Positions 57,302 to 64,000 of a stretch of 64,000 bases of DNA are shown here, piece by piece (the first letter of the stretch is position 1; each line of letters starts with the position of its first letter). The stretch is from Macrostomum lignano. Its lineage: Eukaryota. The notes beneath the pieces were generated by a model. That model ran no database searches and had not been told where the DNA came from. It saw only the letters and a program-made list of their open reading frames with translations. The DNA lies in assembly GCA_002269645.1 (NCBI GenBank), contig NIVC01000746.1:248001-312000 (forward strand). Reading direction: 5' to 3'. The translations under genes were made by a program, and so were the position numbers.

Positions 57302-57857
57302 TCTGAGCAGGCAGGCACACGAACACGGAACACAGTCCAACTTTGGCTAGGGGCTGAGCAGTTCTGAGCAGTTGTCACGAGTATACTTTCAAGAGTTCGA
57401 ATAGAGCTCAAGAGAGTTCGAAAATCTTCTAACACAGCAACATGCAAAAGTTCCGGCCCAACGCCAGCTTAACATTCTCAATACTCGTATTAATCAGCCA
57501 GGCGACGACAACATGGAACTAAAATTCATTGGCAACTTGAAAGAGCAATGCATTCATACAAAGCATGAACTGGCATATGCCATTTCTAATAATAGAACCA
57601 GCATATGCTAGTCCACCGGCTCCGGCTCCGGCTCCCATACGCTTATACGTTTATACGTTTATATACGTTAGTAGCGTGAAAAAGCATTATGTTGGAAGAT
57701 TTTCAAAGTACTCGTAAATCGACCCCAGTTTTTCCCATTTTTGGGGAACACTACAGATAGAATCAATGGGACTATGGAGGCAGTGGATAGTTCTGTCTTG
57801 AAAGCTCCCGAATGACAATCACTGACTCTCGCGTCGCAAATCTTGGTTCATTTCGGG

Positions 57858-58096
57858 CATACATGCGCAACTGCTGGCCGACCTGGCCGATCTGGCCACC
57901 GTAAATTGTGGTGGACCAGGGGTAAGTCGCAAAAATGCTCACCCCAAAGAATAGACGTAGTACTAATTAGATGACGAGGCATTTAGCACATAGTTACTCC
58001 TGCCGTTTACCCAAAATTGCGTTAATGTTGCTCTAGGGTTTCTTCCACAGGTAAGTCGCATGGCCAGTGTAAATCAGGGGGGGTTGCGCATGTATT
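57858..58096. mobile_element. hAT-type MITE, family 2, copy A
   Basis: TIRs catacatgcgcaac / gttgcgcatgtatt; perfect 8-bp TSD atttcggg. Confidence 0.87.
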
Positions 58097-58372
58097 ATTT
58101 CGGGGCTTGTACACGAAAATAGGCTAGAGGGTTATCGTGCGACTCACGTCCACGGGGGCCAACCCCCAAGGCACAGAGAGTGTACATGCTTGGTGATTAG
58201 AAAGTCAGGACCGCTGTGAGAGTGTGTACGAGTGCGTGCCAGCGGTTTTTCGGCCTATGGTGTTTTGACAAAGTATACGGATGCGGATATGGTTACGGGA
58301 ACACATATTTCCCATATCTAGTTCCCGTATCTAGTAATAGCACTCAACTGAGACTTGAAAGACTCCTGGACC

Positions 58373-58661
58373 CATACATGCGCAACAGTCGGCCGATCCG
58401 GCCGACCGATTTGGCGGCCAATCAAGGAAGTCGCAAAAATTCCCACCCGAAAAATACCAAAGTAGTACTACTAAGTAGCTGACGAGGCATTTTGATTTAA
58501 TAAAAAAAGTTATTGTTACTCTTGCCGTTTACCCAAAGTTGCGTTAATTTTGCTTTAGGGTTTTTTACATGTAAGTCGCATTTTTTAGCCAAAAACTACG
58601 TCGCATTTTTGTTAAAACTAAGTCGCACGGCCGACCGAATGTTGGAGGTTGCGCATGTATG
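58373..58661. mobile_element. hAT-type MITE, family 2, copy B
   Basis: TIRs catacatgcgcaac / gttgcgcatgtatg; perfect 8-bp TSD cctggacc; internal sequence homologous to copy A. Confidence 0.9.
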
Positions 58662-58777
58662 CCTGGACCCCTGTTTATTTTGATGGGGGTAGGGTAGTAT
58701 GTATTGTCCACCATGTCCACGTCGATGTATTGACGACGACATAAAACAAAACAACGATGTGTTGTCAACCTGCCTGT

Positions 58778-63421
<4,644 letters not shown>

Positions 63422-64000
63422 TTAGCCATGCAATAAATTAAATATTTGGTAAAATAAATAGCAAAAAAATATATCTATATTAGATAGTTGATACTAAGCT
63501 ATGTTTAAAAATAGGTTCTAATAATCAGCAAAGTACAGTACTTTAGCATTACAAATGAAATAAATTGAAAAAACAAATACATTTATTTTGAATACTTTTG
63601 AACAAATAAAATAGTATCTAATGCTAAATGATTGCCATTGTGTTAGTAAAATATGACTAGTCTAATTTAAAAAAAAATAATTTAAATGACTTTAATTCTT
63701 ATAAATCTTTAGATCATATATACTACATTTGTATAAAAATAGTGCATAAAACTATTTTCTGAATGTAATACATATTATGATGCATAATTGATAATAGTCT
63801 ATTGCATAAAACAACCTAAAATAACATATGATTGTTATTTATATAGGCGCAATTATTTAACAAAACAAGACAAGACTAGAGATTTAAAGCCTTTTTTGAA
63901 ATTGAATTAAAATTGCTTAATGGCAATGGCAAAATATATTTTTAAAAAATTGATAGCTTTCTATGAATTTTTACATACATTTACCAGTAGTTCATTTAGC

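Overview
Eukaryotic (metazoan) genomic DNA with GT-AG spliceosomal introns, GC-rich exons and AT-rich or repeat-filled introns. The style suggests a flatworm such as Macrostomum, but that is inference only. About 11 gene loci were reconstructed by hand with phase-consistent splice sites: an ARM-TIR-SAM-like gene (5'-truncated), a probable shugoshin, Abi, MRPS9, four divergent BIR/IAP-like loci (two with C-terminal RING exons), a disrupted FkbM-type methyltransferase head-to-head with a GT32 (DXD) glycosyltransferase, and PQLC1. Roughly a quarter of the window (rough sum) is mini/microsatellite, which explains the long repetitive ORFs in the ORF track. Mobile DNA includes two tRNA-derived SINE families (one CORE-like), hAT MITEs with 8-bp TSDs, a Mutator-like foldback with a 9-bp TSD, a Tc1/IS630-like remnant and a LINE 3' remnant. 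An inverted repeat carries two minimal hammerhead-ribozyme motifs. No CRISPR, rRNA or true tRNA genes were found. All calls come from reading and manual translation, with no database search.
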